Assembly: GCF_000008625.1 (NCBI RefSeq)
Contig: NC_000918.1
Coordinates: 960,001-992,000, forward strand
Source of the DNA: Aquifex aeolicus VF5
GTDB taxonomy: Bacteria > Aquificota > Aquificia > Aquificales > Aquificaceae
Direction: 5' to 3'
Length of the DNA: 32,000 bases
In this document: positions 1 to 10,367 of the stretch, piece after piece
Layout: the number at the start of each line of letters is the position of its first letter
Numbering within the stretch: position 1 is the first letter of the stretch
Translations under genes and position numbers: made by a program
Notes under the pieces: generated by a model
What the model was told of the DNA's origin: nothing
What the model saw: the letters and a program-made list of their open reading frames with translations, nothing else
Database searches by the model: none

Positions 1-1038
1 GGACTACTTTACGCATACCTTTTTCTCCCTAAACTCGGTCTTCCCCTAACGGCTATTCTCGCGGGATTTTTCAACTTAATTTCTGCATTTTTACTGGTAA
101 AGGTATTAAAACCGAAAAAGTTTTTAAAGTTTTTGGCGATTTTTACTTTCTTTTTACTCGCAACTTACGCAGTTGGACACAAGAGGATAACACTCTACGA
201 AGAGCAGAAGTTTTACGGAGAGGAGATAATCCACTTTGAGCAAACCCCTTACCAGAAGATAGTTTTAACACGGTTTGGAAAACACTACTCTTTATACTTG
301 GACGGACACCTCCAGTTCTCAACACTTGATGAAAAACGCTATCACGAGACGCTCGTTCACGTTCCCGCCTCTTTTTTAAAAAGATATGAAAAGGCTCTAA
401 TACTCGGCGGAGGGGACGGACTGGCTTTAAGAGAACTCAGGAAATACCCTTTCGGGGAAATACACCTCGTTGATCTGGACCCTAAAATGATTGAGTTTTC
501 AAAAAAGAATCTCGTTATGAGGAAAATTAACGAAAACAGCTTTTACGACACGAGGTTAAAGGTATTTTCGGAGGACGCCTTTAACTTTGTAAAAAAGACA
601 AAAGAGAAGTATGATTTCGTGATTGTGGACCTCATAGACCCCAGAACCCCATCAAGTGCGAGAGTTTACTCCCTGGAGTTTTACATGTCTTTGAAAAACA
701 AACTAAAAGAAGACGGCATTTTCATAACTCAGGCGGGAGACACTTTCTACAAGAGGGAGGTGTTCTGTTCCATTCTAAAAACTATTAAGAAGGCGGGATT
801 TTACGCGTACCCTTTAGTTGTGTACATCCCTACCTTTGGCGAGTGGGGGATGGTTATAGGGAGTAAAGAGCCTTTAAACTTTGAGAACTTTGAACTCAAG
901 GAAAAAACCGAGTTCCTGAACAGGGAAAGGGCTTTAGCCTTTTACACACTCGGGAAGAGTTTGGAGTGCCCGAATGTGGAAGTAAACACTTTACTGAAAC
1001 CCGTGCTTATTTATTATTACTACAAAATACAAAATTAA
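1..1038 (+). CDS. speE: Spermidine synthase-like protein with N-terminal membrane segment (5' partial, open at window start)
   Basis: Frame 1 is open from base 1 (GLLYAYLFLPKLGLPLTAILAGFFNLISAFLLV...) and joins the listed ORF at 133, whose first codon is an internal TTG. Contains the methyltransferase-like core ALILGGGDGLALRELRKY...HLVDLDPKMI and the DLIDPRTPSSARVYS polyamine synthase signature. Confidence 0.8.
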   Translation, partial: GLLYAYLFLPKLGLPLTAILAGFFNLISAFLLVKVLKPKKFLKFLAIFTFFLLATYAVGHKRITLYEEQKFYGEEIIHFEQTPYQKIVLTRFGKHYSLYLDGHLQFSTLDEKRYHETLVHVPASFLKRYEKALILGGGDGLALRELRKYPFGEIHLVDLDPKMIEFSKKNLVMRKINENSFYDTRLKVFSEDAFNFVKKTKEKYDFVIVDLIDPRTPSSARVYSLEFYMSLKNKLKEDGIFITQAGDTFYKREVFCSILKTIKKAGFYAYPLVVYIPTFGEWGMVIGSKEPLNFENFELKEKTEFLNRERALAFYTLGKSLECPNVEVNTLLKPVLIYYYYKIQN

Positions 1039-1063
1039 CACTTTTAAACTAAATTAATATAAC

Positions 1064-2110
1064 ATGGAAAAGGTATTGGCAGAGGAAAGGATTGACCTCG
1101 GAAGATACGACGAGAGATTTTACGCAATTGTGGGAAGGGGAGACGAAAACATAAAGTTCTTCTCCAAGTTCTTCGACGTGAGGATAGTCCCGAGGGGAAC
1201 TGAACTCATAATAAAGGGAGAGGAAGACAAGGTAAGGGAGTTCGTAAACTTCTTAAAGGCTGTTTTGAAGAGGCTCGAGCACGAAAGGCTCACCGCGGAG
1301 GAAGTGAAAGAGTACGCAAAACAGTTTTTGAAGAGCGTGGAAGCATACAAAATTGAGGAACAACCGGGCAGGGAAGAGAAAGAACTTGAAGAGGAAGTAA
1401 TACTCATAACCCACAGAAAGAAGGCAATAGTTCCCAAGACCGAAACCCAAAAGAAGTACGTAGAAGCCATAAAGAAGAACGACATAGTGTTCGGTATAGG
1501 TCCCGCAGGTACGGGAAAAACATACCTCGCTATGGCTATGGCCCTCCAGCACCTCAAGGAAGGTAAGGTAAACAAGATCATCTTAACGAGACCAGCGGTA
1601 GAGGCGGGAGAAAAGCTCGGATTCCTTCCGGGAACTATAGCTGAAAAGGTTCACCCTTACCTCACTCCACTCTACGACGCCCTATACGATATGGTGGACT
1701 ACGACAAGGCTAACTACATGCTTGAAAGAAACATAATAGAGATAGCTCCCCTTGCCTTTATGAGAGGAAGAACCTTAAACGATGCCTTCATAATCCTCGA
1801 TGAAGCACAAAACGCAACCAGGGACCAGATGAAGATGTTTTTAACGAGGATAGGATTTGGCTCTAAGGCAGTAATCACCGGTGACGTTACGCAGATAGAC
1901 CTTCCCAAGAAAAAAGAGTCTGGACTAATAGAAGCTATGGAAGTTCTCAAAAACATAGAAGGTATAGAGTTTATATTCTTCAAACAAACGGACGTTGTGA
2001 GACACCCGATAGTTGCTAAGATTATTAACGCTTATGAGCAGTACGAAAAGGCAAAAGAACAGAGTTCTGGTAAAACTGAAGAAGAGGAAAGTAAGGAAGG
2101 ACAAGATTGA
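1064..2110 (+). CDS. phoH: PhoH-family ATPase
   Basis: Walker A GPAGTGKTYLA, Walker B AFIILDEAQNAT, N-terminal KH-like region; followed directly by ybeY. Confidence 0.93.
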   Translation: MEKVLAEERIDLGRYDERFYAIVGRGDENIKFFSKFFDVRIVPRGTELIIKGEEDKVREFVNFLKAVLKRLEHERLTAEEVKEYAKQFLKSVEAYKIEEQPGREEKELEEEVILITHRKKAIVPKTETQKKYVEAIKKNDIVFGIGPAGTGKTYLAMAMALQHLKEGKVNKIILTRPAVEAGEKLGFLPGTIAEKVHPYLTPLYDALYDMVDYDKANYMLERNIIEIAPLAFMRGRTLNDAFIILDEAQNATRDQMKMFLTRIGFGSKAVITGDVTQIDLPKKKESGLIEAMEVLKNIEGIEFIFFKQTDVVRHPIVAKIINAYEQYEKAKEQSSGKTEEEESKEGQD

Positions 2111-2486
2111 GAAGTGGGCCGAGCTTGCCCTTTCGGCCCTCGGTCTCAATAACGTTGAACTCTCTGTTTACATAACAGATGACCAAGAGATAAGGGAATT
2201 AAACAAAACTTATAGAAAGAAAGACAAGCCCACGGACGTCCTTTCCTTCCCAATGGGTGAGGAGTTCGGTGGATACAAAATACTCGGTGACGTTGTAATT
2301 TCTCAGGATACCGCGGAAAGACAGGCAAGGGAACTCGGTCATTCTCTTGAGGAAGAGGTAAAGAGACTCATTGTTCACGGTATAGTTCACCTACTCGGAT
2401 ACGACCACGAAAAAGGCGGAGAGGAAGAAAAGAAGTTCAGGGAACTGGAGAACTACGTACTGAGTAAACTCTCAAAAGCTTTGTAA
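2034..2486 (+). CDS. ybeY: YbeY endoribonuclease
   Basis: Zinc motif [11 protein letters not shown] (HxxxHxxxxxH). ORF opens at 2013; internal ATG at 2034 gives a 150-aa protein, which fits the family better. Overlaps phoH by 77 nt. Confidence 0.92.
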   Translation: MSSTKRQKNRVLVKLKKRKVRKDKIEKWAELALSALGLNNVELSVYITDDQEIRELNKTYRKKDKPTDVLSFPMGEEFGGYKILGDVVISQDTAERQARELGHSLEEEVKRLIVHGIVHLLGYDHEKGGEEEKKFRELENYVLSKLSKAL

Positions 2487-3283
2487 GAACTCCTTGCGTT
2501 CGGCTTGCTCACCACGAACTTAAATCCCATCTCATAACCTATCTCTTCAAATTCTTTAAACTCCTCTTCGGAGTAGTACTTTACTACGGGATGGTGTTTT
2601 AAGGAAGGCTGGTAATACTGCCCTAGGACGAGAAAGTCGCAGTCCACACTTCTTAAATCTTCCATAACTTTTATAACTTCCTCCTTCCTCTCGCCGAAAC
2701 CTAAGATCAGGGCAGACTTTGTGTAAACGCTTTTGTCAATCTCCTTGCTCCACTTCAGGATGTTTAAACTTCTCTTGTAATTAGCCCCTATCCTCACACT
2801 CGGGTAGAGTCTCGGAACAGTCTCAACGTTGTGGTTCAAAACCACGGGCTTTTCCTTTAGGACAACTTCCAGAGCTTTTTTGTTTCCTCTGAAGTCCGGG
2901 ATGAGAACTTCTACCTTTATATCCTCAATATTCTCTTTTAGAACCCTTATACACTTTGCAAAGTGGGAGGCTCCGCCGTCGGGCAAGTCATCCCTCGTCA
3001 CAGAAGTTATGACGACGTACTTCAGTCCCAGAGTCTTTACCGCTTCGAGGAGTCTGTAAGGCTCTTCCGGATCTACACCCTTTGGAAAGCCCTTCTCAAC
3101 GTTGCAGAAGGCACACCTCCTCGTGCACCTGTTTCCCAAGATCATAAAGGTTGCGGTTTTGTTTCCGAAGCACTCGGATATATTGGGACATCTGGACTCT
3201 TCACAAACCGTGTAAAGTCTGGATTTCCTGAGTAGCTTTTTTACTTCGTATAACTTCGAAAAGTGAAGGACAGGTTTCATCAT
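2453..3283 (-). CDS. lipA: Lipoyl synthase (radical SAM)
   Basis: Cluster CxxxCxxC in [16 protein letters not shown] and auxiliary cluster [13 protein letters not shown]. Confidence 0.95.
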   Translation of the reverse strand: MMKPVLHFSKLYEVKKLLRKSRLYTVCEESRCPNISECFGNKTATFMILGNRCTRRCAFCNVEKGFPKGVDPEEPYRLLEAVKTLGLKYVVITSVTRDDLPDGGASHFAKCIRVLKENIEDIKVEVLIPDFRGNKKALEVVLKEKPVVLNHNVETVPRLYPSVRIGANYKRSLNILKWSKEIDKSVYTKSALILGFGERKEEVIKVMEDLRSVDCDFLVLGQYYQPSLKHHPVVKYYSEEEFKEFEEIGYEMGFKFVVSKPNARSSYKAFESLLST

Positions 3284-3308
3284 AAATAGATTAAACTACT
3301 AAAAAGTA

Positions 3309-3743
3309 ATGGGAAAGGTTATTCAGTTTCCCTTCGGAGAAGAACCAGAAAAGAAAGAGGAGAAGGAACTAAAAACCGAACCCCTCACGGAAGAGGACTT
3401 CAATCAAGTTATAGAAGTGTTTAAAAAGGATTTAAAAACACTATACCCTTCGCAAGTGAAAGACATTCTCGGAGTTATAGGCCTTGGAGAGAAGTACGGA
3501 GATGAAAAGTTCGTAGTCGGACTTTTGATGTGGGAGCATTACAAACACTCCCACCCTCTGGTTTCCAGTTTCGTCGCCGTTTTAAAAGGAGACAAACTTG
3601 AGAAAATTTCGTTCCTTGAGGCGAAGAACAATTACTGGGACTGGAAGTTAATGGTTAAAACTTATAAGGATAAATTCCACACCGAAGAACTTATGAGAGG
3701 CTTGTTTGAACTAAAGGAAAGGTTTGAAAAGGGAGAGATTTAG
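3309..3743 (+). CDS. Conserved-looking hypothetical protein
   Basis: 144-aa ORF divergent from lipA, acidic/lysine-rich N-terminus then a compact folded region; no family recognised. Confidence 0.7.
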   Translation: MGKVIQFPFGEEPEKKEEKELKTEPLTEEDFNQVIEVFKKDLKTLYPSQVKDILGVIGLGEKYGDEKFVVGLLMWEHYKHSHPLVSSFVAVLKGDKLEKISFLEAKNNYWDWKLMVKTYKDKFHTEELMRGLFELKERFEKGEI

Positions 3744-3859
3744 TTGGTAAGTAAATAAAAACTCTCTGATATACATCATAGAAATTAATTTACAACAAAG
3801 ATCAAACTTTAAGTGTTGGGTTAATGATTATTAACTTTTAACCTTCCGGAGGTTCGAAA

Positions 3860-5266
3860 ATGGATGCAGTACTCCTTGCGAGGATTCAGTTTGCACTAAC
3901 CGCCATGTACCACTTCCTGTTTGTGCCCATAACTTTAGGACTATCCTTACTTCTTGCCATCATATGGACAAAGTGGGCAAGGGAAGAAGACGACGAGAGG
4001 CACATCCTTTACGAGCGTATAGGTGAGTTTTTCACAACACTCTTTGCCATAAACTTTGCCGCTGGAGTAGTAGCCGGAATTGTTCTGGAGTTTGAGTTCG
4101 GTACCAACTGGTCCGAGTACTCTAAAACGGTAGGTGATATATTCGGAGCACCTCTCGCGATAGAGGCTATATTCGCCTTCTTCCTGGAATCTGTATTTCT
4201 GGGGGTCCTCCTCTTCGGAAGGGACAGAGTTTCTCCCAAGTTTTACGCTTTTTCCACATGGATGGTCGCAATAGGGACTAACTTATCCGCTCTATGGATA
4301 CTCGTTGCAAATTCGTGGCAACAAACTCCGAAGGGCTTTTACCTTGAAGGTGGAAAGGCTTACCTGGCCAGTTTCTTTGATGCTGTCGTAAACTACTCCA
4401 CACCTTACAGGTTTGTACACATGTTTCTCGCGGGAGTAATAACCGGAGCCATATTTGTGGCGGGAATTAGTGCCTACTATATACTCAAGAGGAAACACCT
4501 TGACGTGGCTAAAGAATCTTTTAGGATCGCGGTAACCATAGGAATGATTGCCTCCCTTCTGCAGATAATAGCGGGTGACCTACACGGGTATCAGGTTGCA
4601 AGGACACAACCTTTGAAACTTGCAATGATGGAAGACAAGTGGGAAACGGAAAGTGGTGCCGGACTGGAAATTGTCCCGGGAATAGAGATTCCCAAACTTC
4701 TCAGTATTCTCGCCTACCACGACCCCGACGCCAAGGTTTACGGGATAAAGGACCTTGTTCAAACCTTCCAGAAAATAGCAAAAGGTGAAGAAGTGGGTGA
4801 AGACGAGCTTCCCGAACTCTGGCTGGACCCCAGACAATTTGCTGGAAGACAGTCCCTTTACATAACAGAAGAGGAAATACCGCCCACCTGGATACCCTTT
4901 TGGAGCCTAAGGGGAATGGTATTCCTTGGATTCTTTTTCGCCTTCATAACTTCCCTTGGCTTTATCTTTACAGTTCAGGACACAATAGAGCAAAGAAGGT
5001 GGCTTCTTAAACTATTCTTTTACTCCATTCCTCTTCCCATAGTGGCTAATATCTTAGGATGGATAGTGGCAGAAGTTGGAAGACAACCATGGGTTGTTTA
5101 CTACATACTCAAGACAAAAGACGCAGCTTCCCCTCTTCCTGCAGGTCAGATACTCACCTCAATAATTTTGTTCTCAAGTATTTACTTCATAGTGTTCCTT
5201 ATATTCCTGGGACTTATGGTTCAAAAAGTAATCAAGGGCCCTAAGAGACCTGAGGAGGTGGCTTGA
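3860..5266 (+). CDS. cydA: Cytochrome bd ubiquinol oxidase subunit I
   Basis: RIQFALTAMYHFLFVPITLGLS, EFGTNW, GRQPWVVYYILKT hallmark segments; GGAGG upstream. Confidence 0.96.
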   Translation: MDAVLLARIQFALTAMYHFLFVPITLGLSLLLAIIWTKWAREEDDERHILYERIGEFFTTLFAINFAAGVVAGIVLEFEFGTNWSEYSKTVGDIFGAPLAIEAIFAFFLESVFLGVLLFGRDRVSPKFYAFSTWMVAIGTNLSALWILVANSWQQTPKGFYLEGGKAYLASFFDAVVNYSTPYRFVHMFLAGVITGAIFVAGISAYYILKRKHLDVAKESFRIAVTIGMIASLLQIIAGDLHGYQVARTQPLKLAMMEDKWETESGAGLEIVPGIEIPKLLSILAYHDPDAKVYGIKDLVQTFQKIAKGEEVGEDELPELWLDPRQFAGRQSLYITEEEIPPTWIPFWSLRGMVFLGFFFAFITSLGFIFTVQDTIEQRRWLLKLFFYSIPLPIVANILGWIVAEVGRQPWVVYYILKTKDAASPLPAGQILTSIILFSSIYFIVFLIFLGLMVQKVIKGPKRPEEVA

Positions 5267-5267
5267 T

Positions 5268-6368
5268 ATGGAACTCCTTCCCGTGATTTGGTTCGTTTTA
5301 CTTGGCTTTATAATAGCCATGTACGCCGCACTGGATGGCTTTGACCTCGGTGTCGGGATAGTTTATCCTTTCTTGGCTAAAGATGAGGAAGAAAAGAGGA
5401 TACTTCTGAACTCCATAGGACCCGTCTGGGACGCAAACGAGGTATGGCTAATCCTGGCAGGCGGAGCTCTGTTTGCGGCTTTTCCCGTAGCTTACGCAAC
5501 GCTCCAGAGCGGTCTATACCTTCCCGTAATACTCATACTCTTTATGCTGATCCTCAGGGCGATAGGTATAGACTACAGGGGCAAGATGCCAACTCCAGCA
5601 CTGAAGAAAACTATGGACATGGTTTTCTTTTTAGGAAGTCTCGGAGTCACGTTTTTATTCGGTCTTACCCTCGGAAACGTTATAAAAGGACTTCCCGTAA
5701 AACTCGTTGAAAAGGAGCTCTACGGCGAAGTGGTAAAAACGCACATGATATGTGCGGACCAGGACTGCAGTTACACGGGACTCCTGATAAATATACTTGA
5801 TCCTTACGCCCTCCTTGTAGCACTCCTAACAGTTAGCTTTGTTGCAATGCACGGTGCTATATATGCAGCTTACGTCACAAACGGAGACCTATCCCACAGG
5901 GCAGCCTCTCTGGCGAAAAAACTGTGGTTCAACTCAGCACTCCTCTACTTAATCGTTCACATACTCACTATGATTTACCACCCACTCCTCATAAAGAACT
6001 ACTTCACAAGGATGTTCATATTCCCCGCACTTCCCATAGTGATAGTTGCGTTCATAACGATTATCGTTGCTCTAAACAGGCAAAAATACTCCCTTGCATT
6101 CTGGTCCTCAACTGCCATGATATTCAGTGCTATAGGTATAGCCTTTGCAAGTATATACCCGACGTTAGTACCTTCTATATACGACGAAAATCCTTTTGAA
6201 AACCCGGTACATTCAATAACAGTTTTTAACAGTGCTTCCTCTGAAAAAACACTCCTCACCATGCTTATAATCGCCCTGATAGGAGTTCCCATGGTTTTAA
6301 CTTACAAGTTCTTCGTGTACAGGATCTTCTGGGGTAAGGTGAAAGTACCTAAGGAAGGAGGCTACTGA
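5268..6368 (+). CDS. cydB: Cytochrome bd ubiquinol oxidase subunit II
   Basis: ALDGFDLGVGIVYPF, GPVWDANEVWLILAGGALFAAFP; directly follows cydA. Confidence 0.96.
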   Translation: MELLPVIWFVLLGFIIAMYAALDGFDLGVGIVYPFLAKDEEEKRILLNSIGPVWDANEVWLILAGGALFAAFPVAYATLQSGLYLPVILILFMLILRAIGIDYRGKMPTPALKKTMDMVFFLGSLGVTFLFGLTLGNVIKGLPVKLVEKELYGEVVKTHMICADQDCSYTGLLINILDPYALLVALLTVSFVAMHGAIYAAYVTNGDLSHRAASLAKKLWFNSALLYLIVHILTMIYHPLLIKNYFTRMFIFPALPIVIVAFITIIVALNRQKYSLAFWSSTAMIFSAIGIAFASIYPTLVPSIYDENPFENPVHSITVFNSASSEKTLLTMLIIALIGVPMVLTYKFFVYRIFWGKVKVPKEGGY

Positions 6369-6855
6369 TCTTTTCCCCTTCCTTCAATTTCTTTATATAC
6401 TCTTCGGAGAGTTCAACGAGTACCGCCTCCTCATCGCAGTTTGGGAATTTAACGCAGTTTATACACTCACCCCAGACCTTGTGAGGCAGAACTGATTTGT
6501 CTATTTCTTTGAAGCCGAGCTTTTTGAAGAATTCCTTCACGTAAGTCAAAGAGAAAACCTTCTTAATACCGAGTTCCCATGCGTCCTCCAACGCTCTGAT
6601 AACGAGCTCCCTGCCTATCCCTTCCTTTTGATACTCCTCTTTTACCGCCAGACTCCTTATTTCCGCAAGGTCCTCCCACATAACGTGCAGGGCTACACAG
6701 CCAACTACTTTACCGTCTTTTTCGTAAACCCAGAAATCTCTGATGTTCTCATATATGGAGTTAAGACTACGCGGTAGGAGAATTCCCCTTTTCGCGAATT
6801 CTGTGAGAAGTTCGTATATGTACTTGGCGTCGCCTACCTTAGCCCTTCTAATCAT
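6349..6855 (-). CDS. argA: GNAT-family amino-acid N-acetyltransferase (short ArgA type)
   Basis: EIRSLAVKEEYQKEGIGRELV acetyl-CoA loop, C-terminal CINCVKFPNCDEEAV. ORF opens at 6894, but ATG at 6855 overlaps the murC stop in an ATGA arrangement and is the more likely start. Confidence 0.8.
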   Translation of the reverse strand: MIRRAKVGDAKYIYELLTEFAKRGILLPRSLNSIYENIRDFWVYEKDGKVVGCVALHVMWEDLAEIRSLAVKEEYQKEGIGRELVIRALEDAWELGIKKVFSLTYVKEFFKKLGFKEIDKSVLPHKVWGECINCVKFPNCDEEAVLVELSEEYIKKLKEGEKISSLLP

Positions 6856-8216
6856 TTTTCTAAATTTACTTCTTTTAAGAACTCCTCGCACCACTTAGAT
6901 ATACTTCCCGCCCCTAGGAAGAGAATAACATCTCCTTCGTCGTGAACTTCCCTTACCTTTTCAAAAACTTCTTCTTTGTCTTTTGCAAAGACGGCACCGC
7001 TTTTTCTGGCGAGTTCTTCTGCACTCACTCCGTAAACGTTGTTTTCGCTTGCGGGGTATATGTCAGTCACTATTAATTTGTCTATGTCTTTAAGGACTTT
7101 TACGAAGTCCTCAAAAAGGTAATAGGTTCTTGAGTACCTGTGGGGTTGAAAAACTACGAGAAGATTTTTGTCCGGGTACATATCCCGGAGTGAGTTTATT
7201 ACGGCCTTTATCTCCGTAGGGTGGTGTCCGTAATCGTCGTAAACGGGGGAGTTTTTGTAATAACCCTTCAGTTCAAGTCTCCTTTCCGCGTTTCTGAATT
7301 CTTCCAGTGATTTTTTTATAACTTCAAAGGACACTCCAAGTTCCAGAGCAACTCCCGTTGCCGCAAGGGCGTTGTACACGTTATGAATTCCCGCAATACC
7401 CAGGTGAATCCTACCGAGTTCCTTTCCTTTAAACTCAACGCCGAACTCATATCTGCCTTCTTTCAGGTACAAATTCTTTGCCCTAACGAGTGCGGGTGAG
7501 TTTATTCCGTAGGTTATAACCCTCTCGTGTGATTTTTTAACGAGCTGGGCAAGGGTCGGATCGTCTAAATTCACGACCGCAAAGCCGTAAAAGGGAACTG
7601 AGTTCATAAACTGCTCAAAGGCTTCCTTTACACGTTCAAAGTTCTCGTAAAAGTCCAGGTGTTCTTTGTCCACATTTGTTATTACCGCAACGGCGGGCTG
7701 GAGTTTTAAGAAAGAACCGTCGCTTTCGTCAGCCTCCGATACGAGAAGTTCCCCTCTCCCGAGTTTTGCATTCGTACCAAGCCTCTTTAGCCTCCCTCCG
7801 ATTATTACCGTGGGTTCCAGTCCCGCGTTTATGAGTATCTCAGCTATCATGGACGTTGTCGTGGTCTTCCCGTGGCTTCCGCTTACCGCTATGCCTTCCT
7901 TTAATTTGAAGAGTTCCGCGAGCATCTCCCCGCGCGGTATCACAGGTATGTTTCTCCTCTTTGCCTCTTGAATTTCGGGATTATCCGGTTTTACCGCGGA
8001 AGAGTAAACGACTACCTGAGCATCTCCCAAGTTTTCAGGTCTGTGCCCAATGTAAATCTTCGCTCCTTTTTGTTTAAGGAGTTTGGTGTTTTTATTTTCG
8101 GAAATGTCGGAACCTGAAACTTTATAGCCCATTTCAAGGAGTATCTGGGCTATACCGCTCATTCCTATCCCGCCTATTCCGATAAAGTGAAACTTCTTTA
8201 TCCTTTCCCTCAGCAT
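6852..8216 (-). CDS. murC: UDP-N-acetylmuramate--L-alanine ligase
   Basis: HFIGIGGIGMSGIAQIL, AVSGSHGKTTTTSMIAEIL, DDYGHHPTEI. Confidence 0.96.
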   Translation of the reverse strand: MLRERIKKFHFIGIGGIGMSGIAQILLEMGYKVSGSDISENKNTKLLKQKGAKIYIGHRPENLGDAQVVVYSSAVKPDNPEIQEAKRRNIPVIPRGEMLAELFKLKEGIAVSGSHGKTTTTSMIAEILINAGLEPTVIIGGRLKRLGTNAKLGRGELLVSEADESDGSFLKLQPAVAVITNVDKEHLDFYENFERVKEAFEQFMNSVPFYGFAVVNLDDPTLAQLVKKSHERVITYGINSPALVRAKNLYLKEGRYEFGVEFKGKELGRIHLGIAGIHNVYNALAATGVALELGVSFEVIKKSLEEFRNAERRLELKGYYKNSPVYDDYGHHPTEIKAVINSLRDMYPDKNLLVVFQPHRYSRTYYLFEDFVKVLKDIDKLIVTDIYPASENNVYGVSAEELARKSGAVFAKDKEEVFEKVREVHDEGDVILFLGAGSISKWCEEFLKEVNLEK

Positions 8217-9247
8217 TACTCAACCTTTAGAACTACTTTACCGAAGTGTTTTGACTCTTCAAGGTACTTGTGTGCCTGCGGTACTTCCTTTAAGGGAAAT
8301 ACTTTATCTACCACCGGTTTAAACACGCCCCTCTCAAATAACTCCGTTATCTTAAAGAGGTTTGCCCTGCTCCCCATGTAAACACCTAGAAGCTGTATTT
8401 CCCTGACGAAGACGTACCTTATGTCTATCTCTCCTTTACTTCCCGTAGTTGTTCCGAAGAATACGAGTTTTCCCCCTTTTCTCAGCATCTGAACACTTTT
8501 CCAGAATGTAGCCTCTCCTATGTGATCAACCACGACGTCCACACCCTCTTTAAACACTTCCCTTACCTTTTTGACTACGTCGTCTTTGTAGTGATTGAAA
8601 ACAAGATCCGCTCCTAGTTCTTTACACTTCTTGGCTTTTTCCTCGTTTCCGGCTGTAGTAATCACGAAAGCGTTAAAGGCTTTTGCCAGTTGAATTCCCG
8701 CAACACCTACGCCGGAAGAGCCCGCCCATATAAACACCCTGCTGTAGGGCTTTATCTGAGCCTTATCAACGAGTGCGTTCCAGACCGTTAAAAAAGTGAG
8801 CGGATAAGAGGCTGCTTCTTCAAAGGAGAGGTTTTTGGGTTTTTTAATAACATTCCTTGCGGGAACAGCCACGTACTCAGCGTAGCCCCCCTTGTTCTTA
8901 AGACCTAAGATGTCATAATCTTTACAATGGTTATCTCGTCCGCTCTGGCAGTCCCAGCAAACCCCGCATGAAAGTCCCGGGGCAATTATCACCTCCTCTC
9001 CTTCTTTTACGTTTTTAACCAAAGAGCCCACCTTTTCGACTACACCGCTTACGTCCGAACCGAGTATGTGGGGAAGTTCAGGCTTTACGGGAAGGGCTCC
9101 CATACGAACCCATATATCGAGGTGATTTAATGCTACCGCTTTTACTCTTATCAGTACTTCGTCTTCTTTGGGTTCTGGCTTCGGGAAGTCTTCCACGTAC
9201 TTTAGGTTTTCAATCCCTCCGAAACCGGTGAGGATAACAGCTTTCAT
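8216..9247 (-). CDS. Zinc-dependent medium-chain alcohol dehydrogenase/quinone oxidoreductase family protein
   Basis: HILGSDVSGVVEKVG, structural zinc motif CGVCWDCQSGRDNHC, nucleotide-binding GSSGVGVAGIQLAKAFNA. Confidence 0.9.
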   Translation of the reverse strand: MKAVILTGFGGIENLKYVEDFPKPEPKEDEVLIRVKAVALNHLDIWVRMGALPVKPELPHILGSDVSGVVEKVGSLVKNVKEGEEVIIAPGLSCGVCWDCQSGRDNHCKDYDILGLKNKGGYAEYVAVPARNVIKKPKNLSFEEAASYPLTFLTVWNALVDKAQIKPYSRVFIWAGSSGVGVAGIQLAKAFNAFVITTAGNEEKAKKCKELGADLVFNHYKDDVVKKVREVFKEGVDVVVDHIGEATFWKSVQMLRKGGKLVFFGTTTGSKGEIDIRYVFVREIQLLGVYMGSRANLFKITELFERGVFKPVVDKVFPLKEVPQAHKYLEESKHFGKVVLKVE

Positions 9248-9260
9248 AGTAAGATTGATT

Positions 9261-9725
9261 TTAAACGTTTGTGTCTATAAGGAAAAGCGGTTGTCCGTAC
9301 TCAACCGTCTCACCGTTTTCCACGAGGATTTTCTCCACTCTTCCCCTCACATCGCTCTCTATCTCGTTCATAACCTTTAGAGCTTCTATAATGCATAGAA
9401 CCTGTCCGGGGGAAACTATATCCCCTACTTCTACAAACGGAGGTGCTCCGGGAGCGGGAGAGCGGTAGAAAGTTCCGACGAGGGGACTTTTTATCACGTG
9501 GTACTTCTTTTCTTCCTGTTCACCTAACTTTACATCTTCGCTCGGAGGTAGAATTTCCAGATGCTTGTACTCTTCCGTTTTCTGGGGTTTTACGCCCTCC
9601 GGTGGCTGGATTTCTTTGTAGGTTTCAATCTGGAGTTTGAAATCGCCCTTTTCGATTTTCAAGCTCTTAACGTTGGAGTTCTTGATCAGATTAATGAGTT
9701 CCTTTATGAAATCCTTGTCCATCAT
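9261..9725 (-). CDS. accB: Acetyl-CoA carboxylase biotin carboxyl carrier protein
   Basis: [25 protein letters not shown] and C-terminal biotinyl domain [18 protein letters not shown]. Confidence 0.94.
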   Translation of the reverse strand: MMDKDFIKELINLIKNSNVKSLKIEKGDFKLQIETYKEIQPPEGVKPQKTEEYKHLEILPPSEDVKLGEQEEKKYHVIKSPLVGTFYRSPAPGAPPFVEVGDIVSPGQVLCIIEALKVMNEIESDVRGRVEKILVENGETVEYGQPLFLIDTNV

Positions 9726-10300
9726 TTTGCTTCTTTAACCCTCTCAACGTAACTTCCGGTTCTCGTATCCACTTTCACTATATCACCTTCTTTCACGAAG
9801 AAAGGCACCTGAATTACAGCTCCCGTTTCGAGTTTTGCGGGTTTTGTTCCTCCAGCCTGCGTGTCTCCCTTAAAGGCTGGTTCTGTTTCAACGACTTGGA
9901 GCTCAACGTGTTTGGGAAGTTCTATTCCTATCGGCTGTCCCTTGTACAGGAACACGATTACTTCCATACCTTCTTTTAAGAATTTAGCTTCTTCTTCTAT
10001 CTTCTCCTTCGGTACCGCTATCATGTCGTAAGTTTGCGTATTCATGAAGTAGTAATTCTCACCGTCGTTATAGGAGTAGGTAGCGTAGACCTGCTCAAAG
10101 TCAGCAAGAGGTATTCTGTCGGAAGCTTTAAAAGTGAGTTCCGTAACGTTTCCGGTGAGCATGTTTTTGGCTTTTACCCTCACAAAAGCCTGTCCTTTTC
10201 CCGGTTTTACGTGTTCGTAATCGAGAACCCTGTAGGGTTCGCCTTTGTGTTCTATAAAGATGTCTTTCTGGATTCTGTTGATGTCTATCTCCGTCGCCAT
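9722..10300 (-). CDS. efp: Elongation factor P
   Basis: [20 protein letters not shown] and three-domain EF-P C-terminus. Listed ORF opens at 10417 across the fMet tRNA; ATG at 10300 preceded by an AGGAG-like sequence (ctcctc on plus strand) is the credible start. Confidence 0.94.
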   Translation of the reverse strand: MATEIDINRIQKDIFIEHKGEPYRVLDYEHVKPGKGQAFVRVKAKNMLTGNVTELTFKASDRIPLADFEQVYATYSYNDGENYYFMNTQTYDMIAVPKEKIEEEAKFLKEGMEVIVFLYKGQPIGIELPKHVELQVVETEPAFKGDTQAGGTKPAKLETGAVIQVPFFVKEGDIVKVDTRTGSYVERVKEAK

Positions 10301-10338
10301 GAGGAGATATTTTAACTCAAGTGGAGGGGAAAGGGGAC

Positions 10339-10367
10339 TTGACGAGATAAGATTTTTTCTATATATT
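10339..10367 (+). promoter_or_regulatory. Sigma70-like promoter for initiator tRNA
   Basis: TTGACG (10339-10344), 17-nt spacer, TATATT (10362-10367), tRNA begins at 10381. Confidence 0.75.

Noticed and set aside
143-325. Antisense ORF inside the spermidine synthase gene, and the many similar antisense/off-frame ORFs of 60-150 aa (for example 1120-1581, 7666-7971, 22687-22875, 25550-25732)
   Set aside because: Shadow ORFs of strongly coding genes: low-complexity Ser/Phe/Leu translations, no RBS pattern, no domain signature, fully covered by confident CDSs.
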